Of a stretch of DNA of 37,046 bases, positions 1 to 12,740 are shown piece by piece (positions within the stretch are counted from its first letter, which is position 1; the number at the start of each line of letters is the position of its first letter). A model generated the notes under the pieces. The model made no database searches. It was given only the letters and a program-made list of their open reading frames with translations, and had not been told where the DNA came from. A program made the translations under genes and the position numbers. This DNA comes from Nemertoderma westbladi (Eukaryota; Animalia; Xenacoelomorpha): positions 1 to 37,046 of the forward strand of contig JAUCBJ010004660.1 of assembly GCA_032718475.1 (NCBI GenBank), read 5' to 3'.

Positions 1-127
1 AAGACAATAGAATTTTAGGAAAAGTCATAAAATTTCAGATTCCCAACTGCGTTTGTTTCAGAATTATATGAAAAAAAACCACGGGGAGGGGGTCATATTG
101 ACCCCCACCCCCCCGGGTTTATTAGGG
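1..127. mobile_element. Right end of a probable piggyBac-type non-autonomous element/MITE
   Basis: Ends in ...TTAGGG followed by TTAA (128-131), with a G/C-run subterminal region. The other end is outside the window. Confidence 0.4.
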
Positions 128-134
128 TTAAAAA

Positions 135-520
135 GGGTCAATCTGACCTGCGTGAAGAACTTAAATCTGCAATCTACCGACTGTCGACCTCTAATCATAC
201 GCTTCTTTGGCCACGGTGCCCGACTTAAGGCACTTAAAACGAAGAAGCTACTCGATATATTCCAGATATATTCCTATTTCACTTCAAACTGAGTGATTCT
301 TGTGAAAATTTCCGATAAAGATGCACCCATGCTTCGTATCGTATCTCGGATAGATCTTGTTAAACTTCAAGAGTCCATCAGATGTACCGGTACTAGCAAA
401 GCTCCTGAGCCTGGCCAATCGGCTAATAAGGTTCCGGTAGTCAAAGAAACTTCAAAGGTCTTTCTCGCCATCTCTACCGGTACTAAACAAAGAATGATTA
501 CTCGACACTCTGCCCCCTGA
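135..520 (+). pseudogene. Decayed ORF1 fragment (RRM/CTD type) of a CR1/L2-like LINE
   Basis: Translation RPLIIRFFGHGARLKALKTKKLL resembles the RPIIVRF..R...L..KK.L motif of LINE ORF1 proteins. It lies upstream of the PHD-APE-RT ORF2. Confidence 0.5.
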
Positions 521-1467
521 CAGACGAGAACATTTCGTATATTACCTAATAAGCTAATTCAGCTATTATCACCAGATGGTTTGTACTACACAATAATACA
601 GTATGATATTGTGTTTTTGATTTAACTACTGCTAATGCTAGCCTGCGCATTTCTATGAAGGTTGGTAACTATATATGTATATTAAGTATTAAGATTCCTA
701 ATAAGGTAATATATGCATTGGGTTGGCCCAGAAAAGTATACCTTTGTTGTGAATGGTTATTACTGTTTTATTATTATCATTTTTTATTTCTTTAAAGTTC
801 GTGTAAGTTATCTTTTGGTAAACTAAGCAGTTAATGGCTACTTTCTCCATAAACAAAACTTCATTCAATTTACTAATTTAGTTCAAATATCTCTGGCAAA
901 TCAGCATAATATTAATTATATCCTTTAAATTTGTACTAAATTTTAATTGAATGACGGTGCAAAGGATGTGCGTGTATTAATGTAATTAAGTAATAATTTT
1001 ATTATGTATAGAACTATACAGAATAATTTTGACCTACCGGTAAATTCTCAATATCCTAGTAGATACAATAGGTATGGCAATACGAATTCACATTCACATG
1101 TCTCCTCCCCCCCCCCCCCCCCCCCCCCCCTTCCCACTTCCTCTCTACACTTCCTGTGTGCTGCGACTTTTGCTACAGTATATTTCAGCCTAGTGATAAC
1201 ATTTTTTGCTGTCACCATTGCAACAATGATTTTCATGTACAATGCGGGAGTTTCCTTACCATCAATGAATATAACACTAGACATAATAAATCTACTTGGT
1301 GTATATTTTGTTACTGTTCTATTTTTCCTTTCTCTACTATCCCAGACAATGACGATGATATTTTTTCAAACAGTGATAATTCAAGTTTTCGAAACGAAGG
1401 GAATTTTAATAGTTCAGTGGACGACTTTTTTTAAATCCGTGTTAGTTTATTAAACAATCAGGACTTA

Positions 1468-3209
1468 CCTGGCAAACTGTGAATGAGGTATCTGGTCGGA
1501 AAAGTTGTGCAAAGGGGCGCCTCAAAGCCGATAGTCCCGAAGAACGTGTGGGGAAGTGGAAAAATCACTTCAGCAACTTGCTTGGGCAGCCACCAAACAT
1601 CGAGGTCAGCCCTACAAGGAAAATATATGACAAGACACAGGAGACTGTCAGGAGACTGATATAGAGACAGGGGACTTCACACCTGCCGAACTCCAAAGAA
1701 GCATTAAAAGCATGTCCAATAATAAAGCGAGTGGGATTAGATGAAATTCCAGCGGAAATATGGAAAACCAGGAGTGCTAAACAGACCCATTATTGAATGT
1801 TTGCAACTAGATGTTAAAAGGGGAAAAGCCTCCACCAATTTGGACTAAAGGTCAACTAAAGCCTCTCCCAAAGAAAGGAGACCTCGGCATATCAACCAAA
1901 CTATCGTGGGATCTGTCTGCTTGTGGTAGCTGCCAAAATATACAATAAAATGATTCTATATAGGATTAGGCCTCCCCTAGAGAAACTACTGCGTAAGAGC
2001 CAAAACGGAATTCGACCAAGAAGATCAACAATAGAACAGATACTTGCACTACGGAGACTGATTGAAGGAATTAAGTCAAAGAATCGAATTAAGTCAAAGA
2101 ATCTCCCCGCAGTCATGACTTTTGTGGACTTCAAGAAGGCATTCGACTCCAACCATAGAGGGAAAATGCTTGAGATCCTAAGAGCTTATGGAATACTAGA
2201 TGTAATCGTTGCTGGCATTGGATTGTTATATTGTGACACAGAAGCACAGGTACTCTCACCAGATGGTGAAACTGAGTTTTTCTCAATCCTGGCTGGCGTA
2301 CTGCAAGGTGACACATTAGCACCATTACTATTTGTAATTGTACTGGATTTACTCAATGAGGACGGCCATAAAGGGTGAAGATCTGGGATTCACACTTCAA
2401 TAACGCAGAAGTCGTAGATATCCGGCAACTACAGTCACAGACACCGACTTTGCGGATGACATCGGCCTGCTCTCTAATACGCTAGCAGATGCACAGCTTC
2501 TACTGAATAAAGTGGAGAGCGCTGCTAAGGAGGTTAGATTACATATAAATGCTACCAAGACCGAATTCATGACTTTTAATGTTGATGGAAACTTGACAAC
2601 CATTGATAATAATCAACTAAGGAAGGTTGACGACTTCCAGTACCTAGGATCATGGATAGAGAGTAGCAAAAAGGACATAGAAGTCAGGAAAGCAAAGGCT
2701 TGGGTAGCTCTATCAAAAATGGATACCATCTGGAAATCAGATCTCCACAGGCACTTGAAGGACTAAGTTCTTTCGAGCCACAGTGGGAAAGTGTATTTTT
2801 ATACGGGGGTGAGACCTGGACACTGACTAAATCACTTGAACAACGAATTGATGGTTGCTACACAAGACTACTAAGGGAAGCCCTCAACATCAGCTGGAGA
2901 CAACACATGACAAATGCCGAGCTTTATGGTACAATACCACCTGTATCAACCACCCTCCGTGAACGCAGATTAAGATTCTTTGGGCACTGCTGGCGAAGTA
3001 AAGACGAGGTCATACCAGATCTACTTTTCTGGCAACCAACTCATGGAAAGCGTAGTCGTGGACGACCGGCCATTACATATATAGATCAACTTGAAAGGGA
3101 TACTGAACTTGGGAGAATCAAAATTGCGACAACTATGGAGAATCGGGAAGCCTGGAAGGATCTCATTTCCACTATCCGAGTTCGCTCGACTTAGTAGTAG
3201 TGGTAGTCG
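1468..3209 (+). mobile_element. 5'-truncated RTE-clade LINE, copy A (RT pseudogene)
   Basis: PLPKKGD, YRGICLL, FVDFKKAFDS, GVLQGDTLAP, DFADDI, FQYLGS, FFGHCWR and RGRP motifs. Ends in a (TAG)n tail. Frameshifted. Confidence 0.9.
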
Positions 3210-6200
3210 GATCCAGATCAAAATCTAATAAATTCTGTATTTTCAGGTGGGTACTACAACGAACTCAAATTTGACCAAGAATTGCCTCAACGACTCTATG
3301 AGTATTTTTAATTTAAATATAAGCAGCCTATCGCATAACTTTTCTGTTTTTACTGACTACCTAATTGCTCTAAAATCGAAACTTGATATATTGTGTATTT
3401 CTAAAACTTTCCTTACAAGAGATGATTCACTTGAAAAATTATCCATTAATGGCTATCAAATGCCAATCTGTGATTTTCGCGAAGTTGGCCAGCTTTACAG
3501 AGGTGGCACTGCGATTTATGTTAGAGATGAACTCAAACGAATTGAACGCAATGACCTTAAAATGAATGGCCCATAAAACACTTGGATAGAAATTAAACGC
3601 CCTCGACTACTGAAACCTTTAATAGTAGGTTGGGTATATCGAAATGAGAAAGTAAAAATGGATAAATTTACAGATGCTCTTGACTCTACGATTTCATTAT
3701 TATCCCATAACAATTATGGTGTAGTTTTGCTCTGGATTTTAATATTAATCTTCTCAAAATAAACAACGTTTTTAAAAATTATTTAAATATTTTGCACTCC
3801 AACGCTTTTATTCAAACTATAAAAAACCCCACGAGAATAACTAAGTTTTCAAAAACACTTATAGATCATATATCTACTAATATCACAACGGCAGTATGCA
3901 ACGCTGGTCATTTACTCACAGAAATTGGCTCCACGGACCACCTACCAACTTTTTTAGTGTAAACAAAATATTCATCGTATTTTAAACAAAATAAATCGAA
4001 AATAACACCTATGATTATTCAAAGTTTAATTTGCCCTTATTCCAAAATAGTCTGCTAAATAATCAATTGCTGGTCTTACGATAATCTTCAATTAAACCCT
4101 AATGATAAATTCAACACGTTTTGTGATAATTTTGAAGATATTTCACCTTCCGCTGAAAACTGTGTCCAAGAAACTTATTCCGCGAAAGCCTTGGCTAACA
4201 ACCTCTTTATTTAAATGTGTGCTCAATAAAAATAAGTTATATGCAATCTACGTTGCAAGACCCACACAAGGAAATCATTCTACCTATAAACAGTATAGGA
4301 ATAAACTAACCACACTTCTTCGAATGGCAGAAATTATTATTATAGTAGAGAGTTTGAAAATAATAAAACAAATATTCAAAAAACTTGGAAAACCATAAAC
4401 ACAGCTCCTAAGCAACTTGTAATTAAGAATACGATAATAGCCAGACAATTATTACAGAGAGCCCCTTAGCATTGCAGAAGAATTTAATAATTTTTTCTTA
4501 ATATTTTTTTTAATAATTTAGATTATCTGAACAAATTCCACATTCGTCCCGATCTCCTACAAGATATATTACATAAAAAACAACATAAATCTTTCTCACT
4601 TATTGAAACTACACCAGTTGAGGTTCATTACTATTTACTGCATTTAAAAGAGGACTCTGCTTCAAACGACCCATTTCCAGTTAAATTAGTTAAATTATTA
4701 TGTTATAATATTAGAGCTGGAACTTTCGCAGACACACTAAAGCAGGCCAAAGTTATACCCGCATACAAATGCAATGATCAACGTAGTACATTCAGTTATT
4801 GTCCGATTTCTCTCGATTTTTAGTAAAAATTTTGAACAATCATTAATTCCAAGTTGGTATCATATCTTGAATATACTTCTAAACTTACTTCTAATCAATA
4901 TGGATTTAGAAAGAAGCATACTACGACGGAGGCTATTTTACAGACCGTATAAAAACTTAGGGCAGCACTTGATTCTATGGACTCAGCCTGTGTGGTATAG
5001 GGCCTATATAGATATTAGAAAGGCATTTGATACGCTGGATCATGCGATACTATTAAAAAAACTAGAGTGTTACGGTATAAGAGGAGTTCCACACAATCTA
5101 TTTACTAACTATTTAACTAAACGTACACAATGTGTTTCGATAGGTAATAATCTGTCAACAGATACTTCAATTTTGTGTGGAGTACCTCAGGGCTCAATCC
5201 TAGGTCCATTGCTGTTTCTTTTATACATTAATGACGAACCCCAATGTAGTAAATTCATACCAACCCTTTTTGCGGACGACACATCACTCATGTTACAATC
5301 AAATAATATAAATGATCTTATTACTTCTGTTAATTCAAATTTAATTTCCATTTCCGACTGGCTAATTGATAACAAACTTTCATTAAATGTAGACAAAACA
5401 GATTACACAATATTTAGTAATACATTAAATTTAGGTTCCTTACCACCGATTGAAATTAATGACAATATAATTAAGAAAGCAGATAGTGCAAAGTATTTAG
5501 GAATCCTAATAGATAAATCTTTAAATTTTAGAACACATATATACAATTTATGTATATATAAAAAAAATATCAAAATCAGGAGGTATTTTTTATAGATTGC
5601 GGCATGTATTTCCTCTGAATATTCTTTGTATATTATTATTTTCTTGGATTTACCCATAATATTAATTACGGATTGATTGTTTGGGGAAGTACATATCCAT
5701 CTATTATAAGACCTTTACGTATAAAAATTAATCAAATAATGAGGGTAATGACATTTAGCCACTTTCAAGAATCATCCTTACCAATATACCGAAAGTTAAA
5801 TATCTTACCCATCGACTGTTTATATAAAATTCAAGTATGTAAAGTAATGTTTGATATTAGCAACAATATTTCAACCTCATTGTCACATTTATTTACCAAA
5901 TTTTCCGCAATTCATAATTATAATTCCCGCGCAGCATCTTCCGAAATTGTTGTCCAACCGCAAGTTCGTCTCAATGTAGCTCAACAATCATTTGCAATGC
6001 AAGGCCCCTTAATTTGGAAATCTTTAGGTAGTAATATAAGAAAAATAACAAGTAAATGTATTTTATTACGAAAAGTTTTTTTTTTATTTTTCTTTTGTCT
6101 TTACCTTTATTTAAATTCAAATTTTGATAGTAAACTATACCTTATTAGTGCGATCAATGTTGCAGCAATACAATATTACTGTTTAATTTACTTTAATTTA

Positions 6201-6671
6201 AAGTAAGTCACACCACTCTGCAGTCTACAGGGATCTACAAAACGATTTTAGACCAATGGAGAACATCCTATACCCCTTTGTAGAGACCCTGTTGGTTGCT
6301 CCATGGTCAGAAGGACGAGGATTCTTCAGGAGAATGTATACAGAAACTGCTGGAGGAATGAGTGAGGGCCAAAGAACCTCTATTGGACATCTAGCCTTTC
6401 GAGAGTATGGGGAGAACTTCAAAGTTATTCCCTTCTTAAACTGCTTCAACCCTCTCAGATATCTAAAGGTTTATGGAGATCAATATTTCGTCTGTTTTTT
6501 TGGACCACTGACTGCTCCCGGTGCAGTCTATAGTTGTATGAGTATCCCCTCAGACCATCTTTAGCCATTTACGCCATCTTCGAGAACACTGCACTATCTG
6601 GTTGGTTAGCGAATGTGTGTAGCCGAACTATTCCCTCACATCCTCTCATTCTTGGAACCAAAAAGAACCAA

Positions 6672-6780
6672 GCATCCCTAGTTATGAGTTAATCAAGAAA
6701 GTGGGTGAATGTATTTCTACACGTTATGTTCGCAAATATCTCAGAAGTTTAAATCCTAATCATATCAATACCTACGACTT
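6672..6780 (+). repeat. ~108 bp direct repeat, second copy at ~7354-7461
   Basis: GCATCCCTAGTTATGAGTTA...CAATACCTACGACTT is present twice with a few substitutions. Confidence 0.9.
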
Positions 6781-7505
6781 TTAATATTGGTGGAGACATG
6801 ATTCCCAATATCAGACTTACATCCTTGGAAGATGAACACATATGTCTGGAATCAGATGTAATCCAAACTTCTGGGCCAAGATATAATGATGCTGATAATT
6901 TAATTGGATGGTATCAAGGACCACAACAACTTACAATAGATGAGTATCGATATGCAGGTTTTGTCACCTAAAACCATTACCTGCTTTCCACCTCTAGGGA
7001 CCATACCACGCCCAAAGAATCCAGCAAACTTTGTCTCTACTTCAAAGATCTTCCCCATATAGAAATTTACTGTGCTTATTGTTGAGTTTATAATCAACAC
7101 ATATTCTCTGTCTGCCCCCAGTTTATGACTCAATGCCAACAATGTCAATTTAAGGGACACTCTAGCTGGGATTGTCCATTCGGCAAAAATATCGAAAGCA
7201 TAGGAGACTTGATTATGCTCAGATAAATCTGATCTTGGGATGCTTGCGCAGATCTACACAGCGAGTTTCGGCATCGATACTGCCCTGGATGAGCTTATGA
7301 AGGAGTATATGCCTTTCATCCCTACCTCTTTCCCCATCTAGTTCAATGAACTCGCATCCCTAGTTATGAGTTATTCAAGAAAGTGGGCAAATGTATTTCT
7401 AACGTTATATTTGCAAATATCTCAGAAGTTTAAACCCTAATCATATCAATACCTACGACTTAAAATGCTATTTGTCGAGATTCAGAATATGGTGAAGCAT
7501 TTCGT
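6672..7505 (+). pseudogene. Decayed homologue of the BEL element's extra zinc-knuckle ORF
   Basis: Manual translation of the frame containing 7071 gives IYCAYC*VYNQHIFSVCPQFMTQCQQCQFKGHSSWDC...WDACADLH..RHRYCPG*AYEGVYAFHP...IPSYEL. This aligns with LICGWCGDQGSHTFYTCWRFMAQCTYCNIKGHRASEC...WEDLADEH..RRRFPMRAHLGFWAVNP...MPQYDEL of ORF 21260-22774. Confidence 0.8.
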
Positions 7506-7779
7506 TAATGAACATCCCAAACTACAAGAGGTGAAGCGACGACTGTCGAGCGAGAGAAAGAGAGGTGGAGAATATCGTACGAACTCGAAAGTTCATATCA
7601 ACTCACTGCCCCTTAGCGACTGCAACCCAAACGACCAGTACAGGCTGCTGTATTGAAACACGACCTAAGCATTGTGTCATAAGGTAATATTGTAAGAGTT
7701 TGGACTGTTAGCGAATCTATTACGCTATGCATTTCCAACCAATAAATGGGAGGAGCCAATTTATCAATCGGCTAAGGTA

Positions 7780-8515
7780 TTTTAAAGGCAGTTTAAAGAA
7801 CGCTTTAAAGACCTGCTGAACCCACCTGGGACCCCAGAAACCCCGCAGTTTGATACCGAGTCTACATGGAAGACATCTTCTTCCCATTCTCGGAAGAAGA
7901 TTTAGCTGAGTCTATGGCTTCATTGAAACTGAATAAAGGGTATATAGGAATTTCGCCAGGGGTGTTCTGTTCCCTACTAGGATCTTGGTTATTGTTCTTC
8001 CTTTCAATATTCAATATCTTCTTTCAGAAAGGATGCCTACCAATATCGTGTTCACTTACTAAGATGGTTGCGTTATATATACGCTTTGGTAACAAACGTT
8101 TGTATGATGACTATAGGGGTCTAAGCCTGTTAACTACTCTTGCAAAAATATTTGATCTAATGTTGTGCCATAGGTTAAGTAAGTGATATAAACCGGACAA
8201 AATCAAGCCAGTGGACAACCTGGGAATTTTGTCTCTACGTTTATTATGTGATTTGGCAATTTATAGGAAAGTAAAACTTTACGTATTATTCGTTGATTTT
8301 AGAAAAGCGTATGACTTGGTTCCGAGAGATCTCATGTTAAATCACCTAAAGAGTGTAGGATGTGGTAAATTAATGTTAAAGTCACTCAGGTCTCTCTACT
8401 CGTCTACTATTGGTATATTTAAATCGATCTGTATAATATGTTCTATTGGTGTTAGACAGGGTGCTCCTGCCTCAGTTTTTTTATATTTGGTCTCAATGAT
8501 AAAATATAATGCGGT
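7780..8515 (+). mobile_element. Non-LTR retrotransposon RT fragment
   Basis: YRGLSLLTTLAKIFD, LFVDFRKAYDLVPR and GVRQGAPAS motifs. Truncated before the catalytic DD. Same family as 17750-17997. Confidence 0.8.
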
Positions 8516-8699
8516 ATACTGCTGGACCGATGTACTGGTACTACTAATACTGTCATATGGTGTGTTAGTATACCTTCTGCTGTACTGCTGCCCTCAGTCT
8601 CTACTAAAAAATACTAAATCACCACTAACAAGTGGTGGACAGCAAAGAAACTTGAGATACCTAATCCACTAACTGGAAGCGTATTAACAGTCCCTAATC

Positions 8700-10140
8700 T
8701 ACCTACAGTATAAAGATAAATGAAACACACATATCTCCCAAAGTAGCTCCATTAACACACAAAGATCTAAAAACTGCACTCGCAAGTCTGAAAGATGATC
8801 TCCTGGGGGAAATTAAATCCCTCAGAGGATAAATCCGATCGTTAAAAGCCAACCATGAAACGGAAGTTAAATCCCTTCACACTGAGATCGAAGCCCTACA
8901 CAAGAGAAGCGATGACCTCGCCCAATACATGCGCCAGTCGCACATCATAATACACCAGTCCTTCCAAGGAGACTTCTAATCCGGAAAAATTTCGAAACAT
9001 TATCCATAATCTCATTAAGCGCTTGGGGATTTCATTTGATTGCGACGATGTTTTCCATAGAATTGGAATAACCAAACCCAGCAAGATCCTCTGGTTCGAC
9101 ACCAAGCCATCAGAACTCACCTCCAATTGTGGTCAAGTTATATTGCCACTCAAATCGAACCATTGCAATTCGTAACAGATTCGAAATTTTGCTTGCTTAT
9201 GTCACACCTTAATTCCATAAGATTGTGCTGGTTATGCGACATCAAATACCTAAAAAAGAAGAAATCGATCCACCCCGCATTCTCCCATAATGGGGAAGTC
9301 ACAGAAGAGGAGAAACCACGGCGAGTCAGTTCATCCGCTGATGTGGAAGTTCTGAAAGAGAAGTTCAGCTCGCCTCGCTCTCGCACAAAGACGAATCTTC
9401 TGGATAAACCAATGCGAACCCGATCCGTGACGAATGATATATCGATTGTCGGGGAAACCGACGACAGTGCCGCTGTCTGGAGTGCTGGCAGCACCGACAA
9501 TCCTTGAGAAACTACCTAGCTTACAATCTATAGATATCAGATAGAAATAAGTTACATGCAATTATTTTTATTAATCCTACAGTGAAACTAAACGGAACCA
9601 CGAAATAGTGTATACTATTTTCAGATATATCTGAAAATCCGAACGTGTTTAACTGTTTAATTTCGCCTGATTTTCCTCATTGTAATTTGCGCAAACTTAT
9701 TATATTTCTCTTCTTTCTTTCTTTGTCAATGATTAAGCAGATTATGTACTACTAATATTTAGTTATACTGTATATTCGATATAGTATGTTGTATTTATCT
9801 ACTCCCATATCCAAGTAGCAAAGTATAATGGTAATATGACTGACACACCATGGTGCAAGTTATTAGTTTATAAAGTAAGTTTTTTTCTCGACTGAGGTAG
9901 TCCTACCTCCTCGCATATTTAGGACCCCCTGATTTATTATACCTGATTACTATTCCCTATGAGTCTTTCCAACCTAGTAAGATGCCATTTTTGTTTTGTC
10001 CCTATCTTAAATAATGAACCCAAACTCAACTGTGTTATCTGCAATAATATTTACCACGTCCCCTGTGGAACTCATTTAAATATCCAAAATATACTAAATA
10101 AACCTGATAACATTTATTACACCCTATGCTGTGTGACTTG
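8700..10140 (+). mobile_element. 5' part of a second CR1/L2-like LINE (ORF1 coiled-coil/RRM plus PHD finger)
   Basis: DDLAQYMRQSHIII, FHRIG and PPIVVK ORF1-like motifs, an AT-rich spacer, then a PHD-like CHFC..CVIC..H..C..CC at 9959-10135. Confidence 0.65.
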
Positions 10141-11019
10141 AATTGTGCCAAATGTTATAAGGCATGGCCTAATATATATATATTCTCAGTGTGTAATATT
10201 TTGGTGGAGGTTGTCCGGTACCGTACCGGTACCGGTACGGTTGTTCAGACTATTGTGTGTTGTCAGTTGTATCATAACTGTCAGTAGTTGTTGAAGTTAT
10301 TATCAGAGAGTTTTTAACAATGGTAGCAGAGCGTTTTGTCGTCGCTTGTATGTTGTAACTCGGAAAAAAAACTGGTATATAGAATTATTCATAAGATTTT
10401 TATTTATCTAATAAAGAAATATTATTGTATACTACAAGATATGACACACATCAGTAATGAAATATGGCCTTATTTTACTATTATAAAATTTTATAATGTT
10501 ATAAATTTACCAAAAAATTTATACACAATATATAAATTATATCACTTACGTTGTACATACCACATAATATAAATTACAAAATCAGATCCCACAAGCCCTA
10601 CGTATTGTAAATCAGATTTTCTATAATCCTTCAATACGAATTCACATTCACATGTACATTCTCCCTCCCCCCCTCCCCCCCTTCCCACTTCCTCTCTTAC
10701 ACTTCCTGTGTGCTTCGACTTTTGCTACAGTATATTTCAGCCTAGTGATAACATTTTTTGCTGTCACCATTGCAACAATGATTTTCATATACAATGCGGG
10801 AGTTTCCTTACCATCAATGAATATAACACTAGACATAATAAATCTACTTGGTGTATATTTTGTTACTGTTCTATTTTTTCTTTCTCTACTATCCCAGACA
10901 ATGACGATTATTTTTTTTCAAACAGTGATATTTCAAGTTTTCGAAACGAAGGGAATTTTAATAGTTCAGTGGACGACTTTTTTTAAATCCGTGTTAGTTT
11001 CTTAAACAATCAGGACTTA

Positions 11020-12740
11020 CCTGGCAAACTGTGAATGAGGTATCTGGGCGGAAAAGTTGTGCAAAGGGGCGCCTCAAAGCCGATAGTCCCGAAGAACGTG
11101 TGGGGAAGTGGAAAAATCACTTCAGCAACTTGCTTGGGCAGCCACCAAACATCGAGGTCAGCCCTACAAGGAAAATATATGACACGACACAGGAGACTGT
11201 CAGGAGACTGATATAGAGACAGGGGACTTCACATCTGCCGAACTCCAAAGAAGCATTAAAAGCATGTCAAATAATAAAGCGAGTGGATTAGATGAAATTC
11301 CAGCGGAGGTATGGAAAACAGGAGCGCTAAACAGACCATTATTGAATGTTTGCAACCGGATGTTAAAAGGGGAAAAGCCTCCACCAATTTGGACTAAAGC
11401 TCAACTAAAGCCTCTCCCAAAGAAAGGAGACCTCGGCATACCAACAAACTATCGTGGAATCTGTCTGCTTGTGGTAGCTGCCAAAATATACAATAAAATG
11501 ATTCTATATAGGATTAGGCCTCCCATAGAGAAACTACTGCATAAGAGCCAAAACGGATTTCGACCAAGTAGATCAACAATAGATCCGATACTTGCACTAC
11601 GGAAACTGTTTGAAGGAATTAAGTCAAAGAATCTCCCCGCAGTCATGACTTTTGTGTGGACTTCAAGAAGGCACTCGACTCCAACCATAGAGGGAAAATG
11701 CTTGAAATCCTAAGAGCTTATGGAATTCTAGAAGTAATCGTTGCTGGCATTGGATTGTTATATTGTGACACAGAAGCACAGGTACTCTCACCAGATGGTG
11801 AAACTGAGTTTTTCTCAATCCTGGCTGGCGTACTGCAAGGTGACACATTAGCACCATTACTGTTTGTAATTGTACTGGATTACTCAATGAGGACGGCCAT
11901 AAAGGGTGAAGATCTGGGATTCACACTTCAAGAACGCATAAGTAGTAGATATCCGGCAACTACAGTCACAGACACCGACTTTGCGGATGACATTGCCCCC
12001 TGCTCTCTAATACGCTAGCAGATGCACAGCTTCTACTTAATAAAGTGGAGAGGGCTGCTAAGGAGGTTGGATTGCATATAAATGCTACCAAGACCGAATT
12101 CATGACTTTTAATGTTGATGGAAACTTGACAACCATTGATAATAATCAACTAAGGAAGGTTGACGACTTCCAGTACATAGGATCATGGATAGAGAGTAGC
12201 AAAAAGGACATTGAAGTTAGGAAAGCAAAGGCTTGGGTAGCTCTATCAAAAATGGATACCATCTGGAAATCAGATCTCCCCAGGCACTTGAAGGCTAAGT
12301 TCTTTCGAGCCACAGTGGAAAGTGTATTTTTATACGGGGGTGAGACCTGGACACTAACTAAATCACTTGAACAACGAATTAATGGTTGCTACACAAGACT
12401 ACTAAGGGAAGCCCTCAACATCAGCTGGAGAGAACACATGACAAATGCCGAGCTTTATGGTACAATACCACCTGTATCAACCACCCTCCGTGAACGCAGA
12501 TTAAGATTCTTTGGGCACTGCTGGCGAAGTAAAGACGAGGTCATATCAGATCTACTTTTCTGGCAACCAACTCATGGAAAGCGTAGTCGTGGACGACCGG
12601 CCATTACATATATAGATAAACTTGAAAGGGATACTGAACTTGGGAGAATCGAAATTGCGACAACTATGGAGAATCGGGAAGCCTGGAAGGATCTCATTTC
12701 CACTGTCCGAGTTCGCTCGACTTAGTAGTAGTAGTAGTAG
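11020..12740 (+). mobile_element. 5'-truncated RTE-clade LINE, copy B
   Basis: Same RT motifs and same junctions as 1468-3209, with a perfect (TAG)6 tail. Confidence 0.9.

Larger units (their letters stand above)
135..6090 (+). mobile_element. CR1/L2-clade (Crack-like) non-LTR retrotransposon, decayed, interrupted by an RTE element at 1468-3209
   Basis: Ordered domains: PHD finger (1156-1330, CCDFC..CHHC..H..C..WCIFC..IFPF), DLDPDQN motif split by the RTE, APE endonuclease (~3300-3960: NISSL, GGTAIYV, DFNINL, PTR, LIDHI, DHLP), KPWLT, RT (DIRKAFDT, GVPQGSILGP, FADDT, KYLGI), and 3' QGPLIW. Many stops and frameshifts. Confidence 0.85.
1078..10358 (+). repeat. Local segmental duplication, copy A
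   Basis: Near-identical to 10632-15500, from CAATACGAATTCACATTCACATG to GCTTGTATGTTGTAA. Confidence 0.9.

Noticed and set aside
1004-1453. 149-aa hydrophobic ORF resembling a membrane protein (and its copy at 10652-11005)
   Set aside because: It is an alternative frame of the LINE PHD-finger sequence (1156-1434) in AT-rich DNA.
10215-10241. CCGGTACCG palindromic run (also 15356-15383)
   Set aside because: A short simple-sequence expansion. The second copy is explained by the duplication.
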